64,000 nt of DNA from an uncultured Candidatus Saccharibacteria bacterium (lineage in GTDB: Bacteria; Patescibacteriota; CPR2; UBA1875; CAIMLA01): positions 8,416 through 72,415 of the forward strand of contig CAZEFH010000002.1 in the NCBI GenBank assembly GCA_964511435.1, given 5' to 3'. Each line of letters starts with the position of its first letter. The first letter of the stretch is position 1. The translations under genes and the position numbers were made by a program. Below, piece after piece: positions 46,975-57,677 of this stretch. Under the pieces are notes generated by a model. The model was given only the letters and a program-made list of their open reading frames with translations. It searched no databases and was not told the origin of the DNA.

Positions 46975-48696
46975 ATGTCGGCACATAACCCTCAGACCCA
47001 AGCAGGAACTGTCGCCCGGGGGCTACTTGCTGCCTGTGGGTTTGCTCTTGGTGGCTATATTACGCTTGTTATCATACAGCCGATGGTTTTTGAGAATCGA
47101 TTTGGCTATGGCAGTGCTATAGCAGGTATTAGTGTTTCTCTGAAGACTGCCAGCGAGGCAGAAGACATCGTCGCCGAAGAGTGGAAAAGATATTCTAAAT
47201 CAGAGGTAGATTTTTCTGGTCAAAGTATACCTGTGACGGCACTGGTGAAGGAAATAGATATTAATCGAACTATCGATGAGGCGTTGGTCGATGAAGAGAG
47301 ACATTACTTCGGACTTTCTAAGTACAGTGGCAAAAGTCATAGTACGAAGCTTGTTTATAATGATGACGAGATCTCGGCGCAGCTATCTCAGCTTTATGAC
47401 GAGGTAGCGACAGTACCTGCAGACGCTGTGATTGCTGACATTGATGCTGGAGTTGTGGAGTCTGAGAAGTCGGGGATACGGCTACTTCTTGCGGAGTCCC
47501 GGATGAATATTTATGACAGCCTCACGCGCTTCGAGAGCATCATCGGTCCTCGTACTGAGCAGTTGGAGCCAGGGTTAACAAAAACGGCGGCAGAGGCGCT
47601 TATTACGAGTGTACGGGCTAGTATTGCCACCCCAGTACAAGTAAAAGGCGATAATTATAGTGAATCGATATCCGCAGCTAGTCTAAAAGAGTGGCTAAAA
47701 TTGTCACCAATCTCATCGCAGACACTAGTAGCGAATGACACGTTACTTCCTGACAACGATGATGACTATTACTATCTCGACCAGGCCAAGCTGTATCAGT
47801 ATGCATCCATGATTGCGGAAAAAGTAAATCAGAAGGCTGCGAATGCTGTTCTAGGGATGAATGGAGGCGCATTAGTAGTGGTCCAGGCTTCGGTGATAGG
47901 ACAGGAACTAAACAAAAATAAACTCATCGCCGATATTGAAGACGCAGTAAAGTCGGATCACTCTGTTAATCTCTCGGTGTCTGTAATACAACCAGAGGTG
48001 ACAGAAAAGAATCTGGGTCAACTAGGAATTACTGAGCTTATCTCTGAGGGGTGGTCGGATGCCGCCGGTTCTCCCGCCAATAGAATCCACAATTTCAAAA
48101 CAGGTACATCAAAGTTCAATGGAGTTCTCATAAAGCCAGATGAAGAGGTTTCGTTCAATAAAATTCTCGGACCAGTCGATGCTAGTACTGGTTATGTTCA
48201 AGAGCTAGTGATTCTGGCTGATAAGACGGTACCTGAGTATGGTGGCGGTCTCTGTCAGGTATCATCGACGGCATTTCGCGCTGCTCTGAATGCAGGACTT
48301 CCTATTCTGGAGCGACACAATCATGCTTATCCGGTCGTTTACTACAGGCCATATGGAGTAGATGCGACCATCTATCTCCCTACTCCTGACCTTAGATTTA
48401 AGAACGATACAGGGCACTACATCTTGATTCAGACAAGCGTGGTTGGTACAAAGGTTTACTTTGACTTCTATGGTACTAAGAAGCCGGGGAAAACGGTTTT
48501 TTCTGGTAGCGCGAGTCCCGTGAATGAAGTTTCTGTGGTAGAGCAGGTTACCCCGACGATTACTGACGTAAATGCAAGGGGTCCGAAGTCATTTACGGCA
48601 ACATTTTATCGTCACATCTATGACGCTGCAGGAAAGCTTACCGATAATGATAAGTTTACTAGTCGGTATGATACACCCGACAAGTACCCGCACTAG
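46975..48696 (+). CDS. VanW-family protein (N-terminal TM, linker domains, C-terminal VanW domain)
   Basis: The VanW core is GTSKFNG......EVSFN...GP....GY.....I....TV.EYGGGLCQVSST.F.AALNAGLPI.ERH.H. Confidence 0.7.
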   Translation: MSAHNPQTQAGTVARGLLAACGFALGGYITLVIIQPMVFENRFGYGSAIAGISVSLKTASEAEDIVAEEWKRYSKSEVDFSGQSIPVTALVKEIDINRTIDEALVDEERHYFGLSKYSGKSHSTKLVYNDDEISAQLSQLYDEVATVPADAVIADIDAGVVESEKSGIRLLLAESRMNIYDSLTRFESIIGPRTEQLEPGLTKTAAEALITSVRASIATPVQVKGDNYSESISAASLKEWLKLSPISSQTLVANDTLLPDNDDDYYYLDQAKLYQYASMIAEKVNQKAANAVLGMNGGALVVVQASVIGQELNKNKLIADIEDAVKSDHSVNLSVSVIQPEVTEKNLGQLGITELISEGWSDAAGSPANRIHNFKTGTSKFNGVLIKPDEEVSFNKILGPVDASTGYVQELVILADKTVPEYGGGLCQVSSTAFRAALNAGLPILERHNHAYPVVYYRPYGVDATIYLPTPDLRFKNDTGHYILIQTSVVGTKVYFDFYGTKKPGKTVFSGSASPVNEVSVVEQVTPTITDVNARGPKSFTATFYRHIYDAAGKLTDNDKFTSRYDTPDKYPH

Positions 48697-48740
48697 ATCA
48701 AATAATAATTAATATGTAATAACTCAAAAAATTTAGACAA

Positions 48741-48781
48741 AAAGCAACGCGCCCTGTTCCCTCGGATGAGGTTACAGGGCG
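48741..48781 (-). terminator. Rho-independent terminator for the high-GC paralogue gene (stem CGCCCTGT/ACAGGGCG with a U-run on the minus strand)
   Basis: An 8-bp stem with a 16-nt loop. The minus-strand RNA continues GCUUUUUGUC. Confidence 0.5.
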
Positions 48782-48801
48782 GTTGTGTTGCATGGAGACA
48801 A

Positions 48802-49263
48802 TCAGTCGCCGGCGATCGGCTCGTAGGGAGGCAAGTTCGCTGACCCAGCGAAGGTGTCCGATACGACGGTCGGGGACCAGTGGTCTTCAGCGATCTTGTG
48901 CCAGTAGATGGCGATGATGCGGATCTTCTCCTCGATGCCGGAATCATGGTCCAGGTAGTCCTGGAGCTTGGTACTGGCGAGAGCGAGGCGGACTCCCTTG
49001 CCATCCTCGCTATCAGGATCTGCGGCGCAGTCCTCGTGGCTGTGCAGCAGCACGAGGCGTGAGCCGTGGCCTCTGATGGAAGTCAGGATCTCCGAGAGGA
49101 GCAGGTCGCGGTGCGGCCCTTCCTCCTCCAGAGTCATGAAGCCACCAGCACGATTTGGAGCGTCGAGGAACTGGATGCGGTGGGCGCTTGCATAGGCGAG
49201 CACGTCTCTGGTGAGACGACCGTCCATACAGCCCACACTTGTTCCGAATACTCTGTTACCCAT
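48802..49263 (-). CDS. High-GC paralogue of the adjacent gene. A small protein with CxDGR...H(x2)C motifs and unknown function; a beta-carbonic-anhydrase-like metal site is speculative
   Basis: VFGTSVGCMDGR...LDAPNRAGG...HSHEDCA aligns with VFGTMLNCMDGR...VDAPNPAGP...VAHQGCA of 49368..49790. GC3 is high. A GAGAGGGG Shine-Dalgarno precedes the ATG at 49263. Confidence 0.5.
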   Translation of the reverse strand: MGNRVFGTSVGCMDGRLTRDVLAYASAHRIQFLDAPNRAGGFMTLEEEGPHRDLLLSEILTSIRGHGSRLVLLHSHEDCAADPDSEDGKGVRLALASTKLQDYLDHDSGIEEKIRIIAIYWHKIAEDHWSPTVVSDTFAGSANLPPYEPIAGD

Positions 49264-49319
49264 CTGTACCCCTCTCACAGTAGCCGATAATGTGCAACAC
49301 GAAGCAAATTATACACTGA

Positions 49320-49352
49320 AAATAAAAAAAGTCCAGCCTATTGTGGCTGGAC
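49320..49352 (-). terminator. Rho-independent terminator of the native paralogue (GTCCAGCC, loop TATTGT, GGCTGGAC, then U7 on the minus strand)
   Basis: A perfect 8-bp stem followed by a run of T on the transcribed strand. Confidence 0.7.
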
Positions 49353-49367
49353 GAAAGCAAAATATTA

Positions 49368-49790
49368 TTATTCGGTGACCTTGTTCACAAGGTGATTTAC
49401 TTCCCAGTCAAGATCAGTAATCTTAGTGAGCCAGAGACCATCGACGGTAATCCCAGCGGGGAGGCCCCACTTGGTAGCAACAATTTCGACAGCTTCCTTT
49501 AGTTCTGTCAGTTGTTCCTCGTCAGAAATCGGGTTCTTGGCGCACCCTTGATGTGCCACAATAGAGAGCTTGGTCGAGTGATGACCATTGATCGAAATCA
49601 TTGTTTCGGCTTTATAGTGATCGATGATGGTTTTGTCACCTTTTACGATCATGTTTGTAGGGCCAGCTGGATTTGGTGCATCGACTACATCTAGTTTATA
49701 CTGTTCCTTCATCCACTTAACAACGGCATTTTGAGTGCGGCCATCCATACAGTTAAGCATAGTACCGAAAACAGTTGCGGTATCTGACAT
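49368..49790 (-). CDS. Native AT-rich paralogue: a small protein with CxDGR...HxxC motifs (function unknown)
   Basis: An AAAGGAGAGAT Shine-Dalgarno precedes the ATG at 49790. The ORF track extends the frame to 49916, but that extension overlaps atpC. Confidence 0.5.
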   Translation of the reverse strand: MSDTATVFGTMLNCMDGRTQNAVVKWMKEQYKLDVVDAPNPAGPTNMIVKGDKTIIDHYKAETMISINGHHSTKLSIVAHQGCAKNPISDEEQLTELKEAVEIVATKWGLPAGITVDGLWLTKITDLDWEVNHLVNKVTE

Positions 49791-49803
49791 ATCTCTCCTT
49801 TTG

Positions 49804-50258
49804 TTACTGGTTAAGTTTTTCTGGCTTGTGTTGATGTTTTGAGTGTAGGGAAGAATGACGCCCAAGTGAACGTAGCTGTGTAGTGATGCGCGCAAGTTCG
49901 GCTTCTGATACAGCAATCAGCTCTTTGTTATCCTTGGCGGTGTCTAGTGCCTTTTCAGCACGCTCCTTTGCCTTCATAATCTCAGTTTGATTGAGCTCGT
50001 GTAGGTGATCAGCACTATCTGCGAGAATCATTACTTCACCATTTTCTTTTACGTAGACAAAACCACCATAGACGAGGGCTACTTTACTTTTGCCCGCAGT
50101 CTTTACGATGATGTCACCGTGAGTCAGCTCTGCCACAAGAGGCATGTGGTGGGGTAGAATTGCAATCTGGCCAGTGACCGTAGGTAGCACTACCTCTTCG
50201 ACTTCTTCGTCGAGAAGAGTGCGTTCTGGTGATACAACTCTAAGGTGAAGTTTGGACA

Positions 50259-50259
<1 letters not shown>
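49804..50259 (-). CDS. atpC: F1Fo ATP synthase epsilon subunit
   Basis: The sequence pattern is L.VVSPE......EV..V.LPT..G..GILP.H.P... Confidence 0.85.
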
Positions 50260-51644
<1,385 letters not shown>

Positions 51645-51658
51645 TTAATCTGTATTAT

Positions 51659-52504
51659 TTATTCTTCCAAGGTCATTTTGCCGGCGGAAATCTCGGCGAT
51701 TTCCCGAGTGATACCTGCTTGACGGGTCTGATTATATGAGAGAGTCAGGTCGTAGATTAGTTCCTCGGCGTTTTCATTCGCGTTCTTCATTGCCATCATT
51801 CTAGCTGAGTGTTCGGAAGCTGCCGCCTCTAGAATGTATTGCCAGAGTTGAGTCTCGAGCACGCGCGGAATCAGAGTGGAAATAATTTCCTTTTTGTCTG
51901 GGTCGAAGATAATGTTATCACCCTCATCACATTCGGTATTAATGACGAACGGTAATAGTTGAACTGATCTTGCAACCTGGGAAAGACTTGACTCAAAGTG
52001 AGTGTAAACAACTTTTACCTGATCATATTTACCAGCCAAGTAGTCGTCAGTAATTTGCTGGATTATTGGCAGGATTTTTTCAAAACGGAGATCATCACCG
52101 AAGCTCAGATAACTAGAAACCACAGAATACTTGTGAGAAGTGAGGAAGTCTCTGCATTTCTTACCGATAGCGATGTAGTCGACTTCTGAACCTTCTGTTT
52201 CGGCGACGGCTTCTTTGATGATACGAGTATTAAGCGCGCCACAGAGCCCGCGATCAGAAGTAATGACAACTACTAGCTTCCGATTACCATCACGGCGAAC
52301 CAGTAATGGATGTGTGGAAGGGTTAATCCCAGCACATACTTCACCTAGGAGTTCAGTTCCGAGGTTAGAGAAGTCACGGGAAGCGAGGTTTTTTGTGACA
52401 GCTTTTTGCATTTTGACGACGGAAACTAGCTCCATAGCACTAATAATCTGCTTGGTATTACTTGCAGACCTAATGCGACGCTTTATCTCCTTCGTCGATG
52501 CCAT
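51659..52504 (-). CDS. atpG: F1Fo ATP synthase gamma subunit
   Basis: The N-terminus is MAS.KEIKRRI.S...T..I. The C-terminus is ...ITREI.EI..G. The length is 281 aa. Confidence 0.9.
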   Translation of the reverse strand: MASTKEIKRRIRSASNTKQIISAMELVSVVKMQKAVTKNLASRDFSNLGTELLGEVCAGINPSTHPLLVRRDGNRKLVVVITSDRGLCGALNTRIIKEAVAETEGSEVDYIAIGKKCRDFLTSHKYSVVSSYLSFGDDLRFEKILPIIQQITDDYLAGKYDQVKVVYTHFESSLSQVARSVQLLPFVINTECDEGDNIIFDPDKKEIISTLIPRVLETQLWQYILEAAASEHSARMMAMKNANENAEELIYDLTLSYNQTRQAGITREIAEISAGKMTLEE

Positions 52505-52506
52505 AT

Positions 52507-54015
52507 CTAAGCCTCTTCTCGCTCGATGCTGATGTTATCAAGAATCTTCTTGAGGCCTTTTTCAACTGCCTCGGTAAGATCGAGATCTTTCTTAAAGTCT
52601 TTAAGGAAGGTTTTGTCTTTCGCAATTGCGGCAAAGAGCTGAGTCTCAAATTCCTTAATTTCACGTACGGCGATCCCGTCAAGGTAACCATTTGTTGCAG
52701 CGTAGAGGATTGCAACTTGATTCTCGACAGCTAGTGGCTGATATTGATCTTGCTTCAATACTTCGACAATGCGTTTACCACGTTCAATCTGTTTCTTGGT
52801 TTCTTCATCGAGATCAGATGCAAACTGAGCAAAAGATTGTAATTCACGATACTGGGCAAGCTCAAGGCGTAACTTTCCGGCTACTTTCTTAATTGCCTTG
52901 ATTTGTGCCGCAGACCCAACACGAGAAACCGATAAACCGACATTTAGAGCTGGACGAATACCCTGATAGAAAAGGTCTGATTCAAGGTAGATTTGGCCGT
53001 CAGTAATCGAAATTACGTTGGTTGGGATATATGCAGAAACATCACCAGCCTGAGTTTCAATGATTGGGAGGGCGGTGATAGAGCCACCGCCAAAAGCCTC
53101 GTCACGACGACAAGCGCGCTCGAGAAGACGTGAGTGGAGGTAGAATACATCTCCTGGATAGGCTTCACGTCCTGGAGGACGGCGGAGCAGCAATGATATT
53201 TCGCGGTATGACCAGGCATGTTTGGAGAGGTCATCGTAGATTACGAGGACATCTTTGCCTTGATCCATAAAATACTCTGCGATAGTTACGCCGGTATATG
53301 GTGCAATAAATAGTGCTGGCGCAGGGTCAGATGCAGAAGCATTAACGATAATAGTGTTTTTCATTGCTCCGTGCTCAGAGAGCTGAGCCACAATGCGAGC
53401 AACCTTGGAATTCTTTTGTCCGATTGCAACATAAACACAAATAACACCGGTATCTTTTTGATTGATAATTGTATCGATGGCAATGGCAGTTTTACCAGTT
53501 TGTCGATCGCCGATAATCAATTCACGTTGTCCGCGGCCGATTGGAATAACTGCATCGACTGCCTTAATTCCTGTTTGCAGTGGCACATTGACTGATTTAC
53601 GCTCGATAACACCTGGAGCAATCTTCTCGACCGGGTAACTTACAGAGCTGTTGATTTTGGTGCCACCGTCGATTGGATTGCCAAGTGAATCGACGACACG
53701 ACCAACTAGTTCATCTGAGACAGGAATCTCGAGCACTTTACCAGTACAGCGTACTTCGTCGCCTTCTTTTACTTTTTTCGAATCTCCAACAATGACGATA
53801 CCGACACTGTCTTCCTCAAGGTTGAGCGCGATACCATAGATACCGCCAGCAAATTCAACCATCTCGAAAGACATTACGCCCATTAGGCCAACGGCCTTGG
53901 CGACACCGTCACCAACGGAGATAACTTTTCCGATTTTGTATGAGCTGACAGCTGGTTTGTAGTCTTTTAGCTGTTCTTCGATTTTTTGGAGCAAAACATC
54001 TCGGTTATTTAACAT
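52507..54015 (-). CDS. atpA: F1Fo ATP synthase alpha subunit
   Basis: The Walker A motif is GDRQTGKT. The length is 502 aa. Confidence 0.95.
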   Translation of the reverse strand: MLNNRDVLLQKIEEQLKDYKPAVSSYKIGKVISVGDGVAKAVGLMGVMSFEMVEFAGGIYGIALNLEEDSVGIVIVGDSKKVKEGDEVRCTGKVLEIPVSDELVGRVVDSLGNPIDGGTKINSSVSYPVEKIAPGVIERKSVNVPLQTGIKAVDAVIPIGRGQRELIIGDRQTGKTAIAIDTIINQKDTGVICVYVAIGQKNSKVARIVAQLSEHGAMKNTIIVNASASDPAPALFIAPYTGVTIAEYFMDQGKDVLVIYDDLSKHAWSYREISLLLRRPPGREAYPGDVFYLHSRLLERACRRDEAFGGGSITALPIIETQAGDVSAYIPTNVISITDGQIYLESDLFYQGIRPALNVGLSVSRVGSAAQIKAIKKVAGKLRLELAQYRELQSFAQFASDLDEETKKQIERGKRIVEVLKQDQYQPLAVENQVAILYAATNGYLDGIAVREIKEFETQLFAAIAKDKTFLKDFKKDLDLTEAVEKGLKKILDNISIEREEA

Positions 54016-54412
54016 TTTCTACTCCCGCTGAGAGCTTAGTTTGTTTGATAAATTCTGTGAGGTCGTGAACTCGACTTCTGAGGGTGTTATCGATAACGGT
54101 TTCCCCACGACGAATTATCACTCCACCAAGAAAATCTTCGTTAATGAGGTAGGTAACCTCCGGTTTTTTGCCGGATTTTTTCTCAAAGATCTTTTCGATA
54201 AGTGATTTTTGCTTAAATGAAAGCTCGCGTGCGCTAGTAACAGTGATATAGCTGTCACGAAACTCGTCTTCTAGCGAAAGACGACCGGCAAGCATAGCAG
54301 CTTTCTGTGGGTAACGCTCGACTAGTTTATGGGCTAGTCGCTCGACTACCTTCGGGTCTTCATCCTCGGTAATGAGGCTAAGAATCTTGGCGACATCAAA
54401 ACCTGCAGCCAT
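54005..54412 (-). CDS. atpH: F1Fo ATP synthase delta (OSCP) subunit, short form
   Basis: It sits between atpF and atpA, and the C-terminus is GG..I..G....D.S. Confidence 0.75.
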   Translation of the reverse strand: MAAGFDVAKILSLITEDEDPKVVERLAHKLVERYPQKAAMLAGRLSLEDEFRDSYITVTSARELSFKQKSLIEKIFEKKSGKKPEVTYLINEDFLGGVIIRRGETVIDNTLRSRVHDLTEFIKQTKLSAGVENVK

Positions 54413-54414
54413 TC

Positions 54415-54918
54415 TTAGCCTTTCTCGATAAAGCCGGCGAGTGCCTCATTAATGAGGGCATCGTCATACTTCTTGGTATCGTTTTTTAGTAGTGATGTAA
54501 GTGACTGCTCGACAAGCTTAGCCACATCATCCTTTGCAGATTCAATAATTGCGAGCTTCTGCTTCTCGGCGTCGACTTCAGCGTCGGCAATGATAGTCTT
54601 GGCCTTAGTTTCGGCTTCAAAGGTAGCATTCTTTTCGATTTCTTTGGCTTCCGCCTTGGCACCATCGATAATTTTGTCTGCTTCGGCCTTGGCCTTCATA
54701 ACTAGCTTTTCTTTTCGTTTTTCAATTTCTTGATATTCTTTGTCTATTTCTGCAGCCTTTGCTAGTGAATCCTCAATTGTAGCTGTTCGATTATTAAGCA
54801 TCTTGAGAATTGGCTTATATAGAAATTTCCAAAGAATCAGGAAAAGCAAACCAAAATTAACGAGCTGTGCAATCATAGCTCCGCCATCAATTCCTAGATT
54901 GTGTAGTGCTTCTCCCAT
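54415..54918 (-). CDS. atpF: F1Fo ATP synthase subunit b
   Basis: An N-terminal TM helix is followed by a long charged helix. Confidence 0.85.
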   Translation of the reverse strand: MGEALHNLGIDGGAMIAQLVNFGLLFLILWKFLYKPILKMLNNRTATIEDSLAKAAEIDKEYQEIEKRKEKLVMKAKAEADKIIDGAKAEAKEIEKNATFEAETKAKTIIADAEVDAEKQKLAIIESAKDDVAKLVEQSLTSLLKNDTKKYDDALINEALAGFIEKG

Positions 54919-54943
54919 TTCTATAAGCTCCTATTCAGTGTTA

Positions 54944-55183
<240 letters not shown>

Positions 55184-55209
55184 TTACTTTTAATTATTAC
55201 TTAAATACT

Positions 55210-55956
55210 TTAATGCGCTTCATGTGACATAACCGCCATCGAGAAGAATACAAGTGCTAGCATAGTGAAAACGAGCGCTTGAATAAATCCGACAAACAGC
55301 TCTAGCATATAGAAAGGAATGGGAGCAATGTAAGGGGCGATGGCACCAAGAACTATTAGAAGGACCTCTCCGGCGAATACATTTCCGAAAAGACGAAAAG
55401 CAAAAGAAATGATACGCACAAACTCTGAAATGAGTTCAAGAATGCCAACAAAGAAATTAATTGGGTTGGAAAAGTTGAAGAACTTTTTACCGTATTTGAA
55501 GACACCCAGTGCAGCAATACCAAATACCTGAGTCATAATTACGACGATGACTCCCAGAGCGATAGTGGTGTTGAGATCGGCGGTCCCAGCGCGGAGTAGA
55601 GGGACGAGTACTGTATGTCCCTCAGGGCTCAATTCATGGAAGCCGATTGTGCCTACGCCTGGTACTAGGCCAAACCAGTTGTTGAATAGAATAAAGATAA
55701 AAAATGTAGCAATAAGAGGGAATATTTTGCGAGAAAATGCCTTGTCATGGATGACACTGTCAGTGAGTCCTACCAGTTTCTCAATTCCGAGCTCGACTAT
55801 ATTCTGTAGCCCACGTGGTACTAGCTCCATCTTGCGAGTAGCAAAAAGTGAGACCAGCCAGAGGATGATAAGTACACAAGTAGCAGCGAGAAAACTATTC
55901 GTTAGATGAAAGGAACCAATTTCGATGACTGGATTCGCGGCGATAGAAATATGCAC
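55210..55956 (-). CDS. atpB: F1Fo ATP synthase subunit a
   Basis: The motif is SFAFRLFGNVFAGEVLL. Confidence 0.9.
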   Translation of the reverse strand: MHISIAANPVIEIGSFHLTNSFLAATCVLIILWLVSLFATRKMELVPRGLQNIVELGIEKLVGLTDSVIHDKAFSRKIFPLIATFFIFILFNNWFGLVPGVGTIGFHELSPEGHTVLVPLLRAGTADLNTTIALGVIVVIMTQVFGIAALGVFKYGKKFFNFSNPINFFVGILELISEFVRIISFAFRLFGNVFAGEVLLIVLGAIAPYIAPIPFYMLELFVGFIQALVFTMLALVFFSMAVMSHEAH

Positions 55957-56177
55957 TAGTTGTTTCCTTTCAGATTATCAATTGTCTTTTTGATGCCATA
56001 GGCAGAAGTAAAGAGACTTAGCCCGATACCTAGGAATAGAAATAAATGCCCAGTGTGGAATTCTTTGTCCATCCATACCCCCAGCAAAATAAAAAGCAGT
56101 AGGGGTACACTAATGCGGAAGCCAATTTCTAATGAGTAGCCGTAGATATTGAAATCTTTTCCACCTTTATCGGACAT
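55956..56177 (-). CDS. AtpZ/AtpI-like small membrane protein upstream of atpB
   Basis: It is a 73-aa, two-TM protein sitting immediately 5' of atpB. Confidence 0.45.
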   Translation of the reverse strand: MSDKGGKDFNIYGYSLEIGFRISVPLLLFILLGVWMDKEFHTGHLFLFLGIGLSLFTSAYGIKKTIDNLKGNN

Positions 56178-56278
56178 AGCTTTTCTCCATACAAAAATGC
56201 GTCAATTGGACACGAGTTGCGGCAAGTGGCGCACTTTGCGTCTCCATTTTACGCTAGTTTCTCGATTGTGACAAGTGT

Positions 56279-56536
56279 TTAGAGAGATTCTTGATGGTGA
56301 AGCTTTGATATAGTGGTGTAGAGACCCCAAATGGTGAGGATGATAGCGGTGACAGCGAGTCCGACCTTGAAGAATTTGTGCAGATGAAACGCTCGGTCAA
56401 GGATGATTCCAAGCATCTCGAGCACGGTCAGGGGTGCGACAAGGCGCCAAACAAGGTTGCGGGGCGTGATAGGAATACGTCCTTTTTTCTCTAACATAGC
56501 AAGAAACATTTTACTGTTTTCCGAGTTTGTGGACAA
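56279..56536 (-). CDS. Small two-TM membrane protein (a second AtpI/AtpZ-like candidate)
   Basis: It is an 85-aa protein with two TM helices and sits upstream of the atp operon. Confidence 0.35.
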   Translation of the reverse strand: MSTNSENSKMFLAMLEKKGRIPITPRNLVWRLVAPLTVLEMLGIILDRAFHLHKFFKVGLAVTAIILTIWGLYTTISKLHHQESL

Positions 56537-56555
56537 GATTTTCTTTAACCTTCCG

Positions 56556-56584
56556 TTGACGAAGAGGGTGATTTTTGCTATAAT
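56556..56584 (+). promoter_or_regulatory. Near-consensus sigma70-type promoter (TTGACG, 17-nt spacer, TATAAT) upstream of the intron-containing tRNA
   Basis: TTGACG lies at 56556..56561, the spacer was counted at 17 nt, and TATAAT lies at 56579..56584. Confidence 0.55.
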
Positions 56585-56707
56585 TTGCGAGTTGAAAACA
56601 ATAAGCAGTTAACAATAAACAAACATCAATGGGAACTGTTAATTGATTTCTGGTACCTGAAATTTGATTATATTCCCGGGTAGCTCAGCGGTAGAGCAGT
56701 TGGCTGT

Positions 56708-57226
56708 GTATACTAGTAACTTTTGTAGCTTGTAATAAACTGGAAGTATGGGCGACAAAAGAAAATATGCAGACCGTCGTGAATACTTGATAGCGGCAGT
56801 GTCTAAAAGAAGAAAACTTCTGCGGGCAAAGGCTATTGAATACAAAGGCGGAAAGTGTAGTATATGTGGCTACCACAAATGCGCAAATGCTCTTGATTTT
56901 CATCATTTATCAGGAAAAGACTTCAGTCTTTCCGCTGATGGAATGACGAGATCATGGGACAGAACAAGAACGGAGCTAGATAAGTGTATTCTAGTTTGCG
57001 CAAATTGCCACAGAGAAATCCATTCGCAGCTTCAGTCGGAAACGGTTGAATGAAAACTGGGTGAATTGCGGGAAACCCTAACGTTAAGTCGAGGGCAATC
57101 CGCAGCCAATCCTCATAATGAGGCAGGTTCAGAGACTAGGTGATTACACCCTAGAGCGCCCAGCACCTAAGGCATTAGCTATGGTGATGAGATAGTCCAC
57201 GCCTTGTAGAAATACTTGGATTAGTG
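56708..57226 (+). mobile_element. Group I intron (IC3-like, resembling the Azoarcus/cyanobacterial tRNA introns) carrying an HNH endonuclease ORF
   Basis: The 5' exon ends in U and the intron ends in G. The 3' core contains AATTGCGGGAAACCC, GTTCAGAGACTAG, CACCTAAGGCA and GCTATGG. These closely resemble conserved P3-P7-P9 elements of the Azoarcus tRNA-Ile intron. Confidence 0.7.
56748..57053 (+). CDS. HNH homing endonuclease encoded within the intron
   Basis: The zinc-finger and HNH motifs are CSICGYHKC...DFHHL and CANCHREIH. The length is 101 aa. Confidence 0.7.
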   Translation: MGDKRKYADRREYLIAAVSKRRKLLRAKAIEYKGGKCSICGYHKCANALDFHHLSGKDFSLSADGMTRSWDRTRTELDKCILVCANCHREIHSQLQSETVE

Positions 57227-57349
57227 TAACCAATTGGTCGTCGGTTCGAATCCGACCCCGGGAGCCAAATAAGAAGAGGCTTAATAAAGCCTTTTTTTGA
57301 TACCTATTTTCCTTAACCCCTATCGGACTTAGAACTTTTGAGTTAAAAT

Positions 57350-57571
57350 TTGGGTAATATGATTGAAAAAAATGTATTAGGGAATTACAAACATTTTAAG
57401 GGCGGTTTATACACGGTTATTGCAGTTGGGAAAGACTCTGAAAACTTAAGCGATGTTGTTGTCTATAAATCCAAAAAGGATGACGGTGTCTGGGTTAGGT
57501 CTTATGAGATGTTTTTTCAAGATGTTACGGTTGAAGGAAAAGTGATACCCCGTTTTCAAAAAATGGATTGA
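57350..57571 (+). CDS. DUF1653-family small protein
   Basis: The motif is YKHFKGGLY.VI......E......VVY. Confidence 0.6.
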   Translation: MGNMIEKNVLGNYKHFKGGLYTVIAVGKDSENLSDVVVYKSKKDDGVWVRSYEMFFQDVTVEGKVIPRFQKMD

Positions 57572-57608
57572 TTGTTCTAAACTCAGCCCACCAAGCGAGC
57601 CATATAAA

Positions 57609-57635
57609 ATAGACCACGCTTGTGGTCTATTTTTC
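57609..57635 (+). terminator. Rho-independent terminator (ATAGACCAC, loop GCTT, GTGGTCTAT, then TTTTTC)
   Basis: A perfect 9-bp stem followed by a T-run. Confidence 0.75.
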
Positions 57636-57677
57636 TATTAATTTGGAAAGTTGCTATAAAGATACTACAATATATTC

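Larger units (their letters stand above)
56674..57267 (+). tRNA. tRNA-Asn(GUU) interrupted in the anticodon loop (between positions 35 and 36) by a 519-bp group I intron. The exons are 56674..56707 and 57227..57267, and CCA is encoded
   Basis: Hand-folded. The acceptor is UCCCGGG/CCCGGGA, the D-arm GCUC-AGCGGUA-GAGC, the anticodon stem GUUGG/CCAAU with loop CUGU|UAA, and the T-arm GUCGG-UUCGAAU-CCGAC. The discriminator is G73. The fold closely parallels E. coli tRNA-Asn. Confidence 0.75.
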
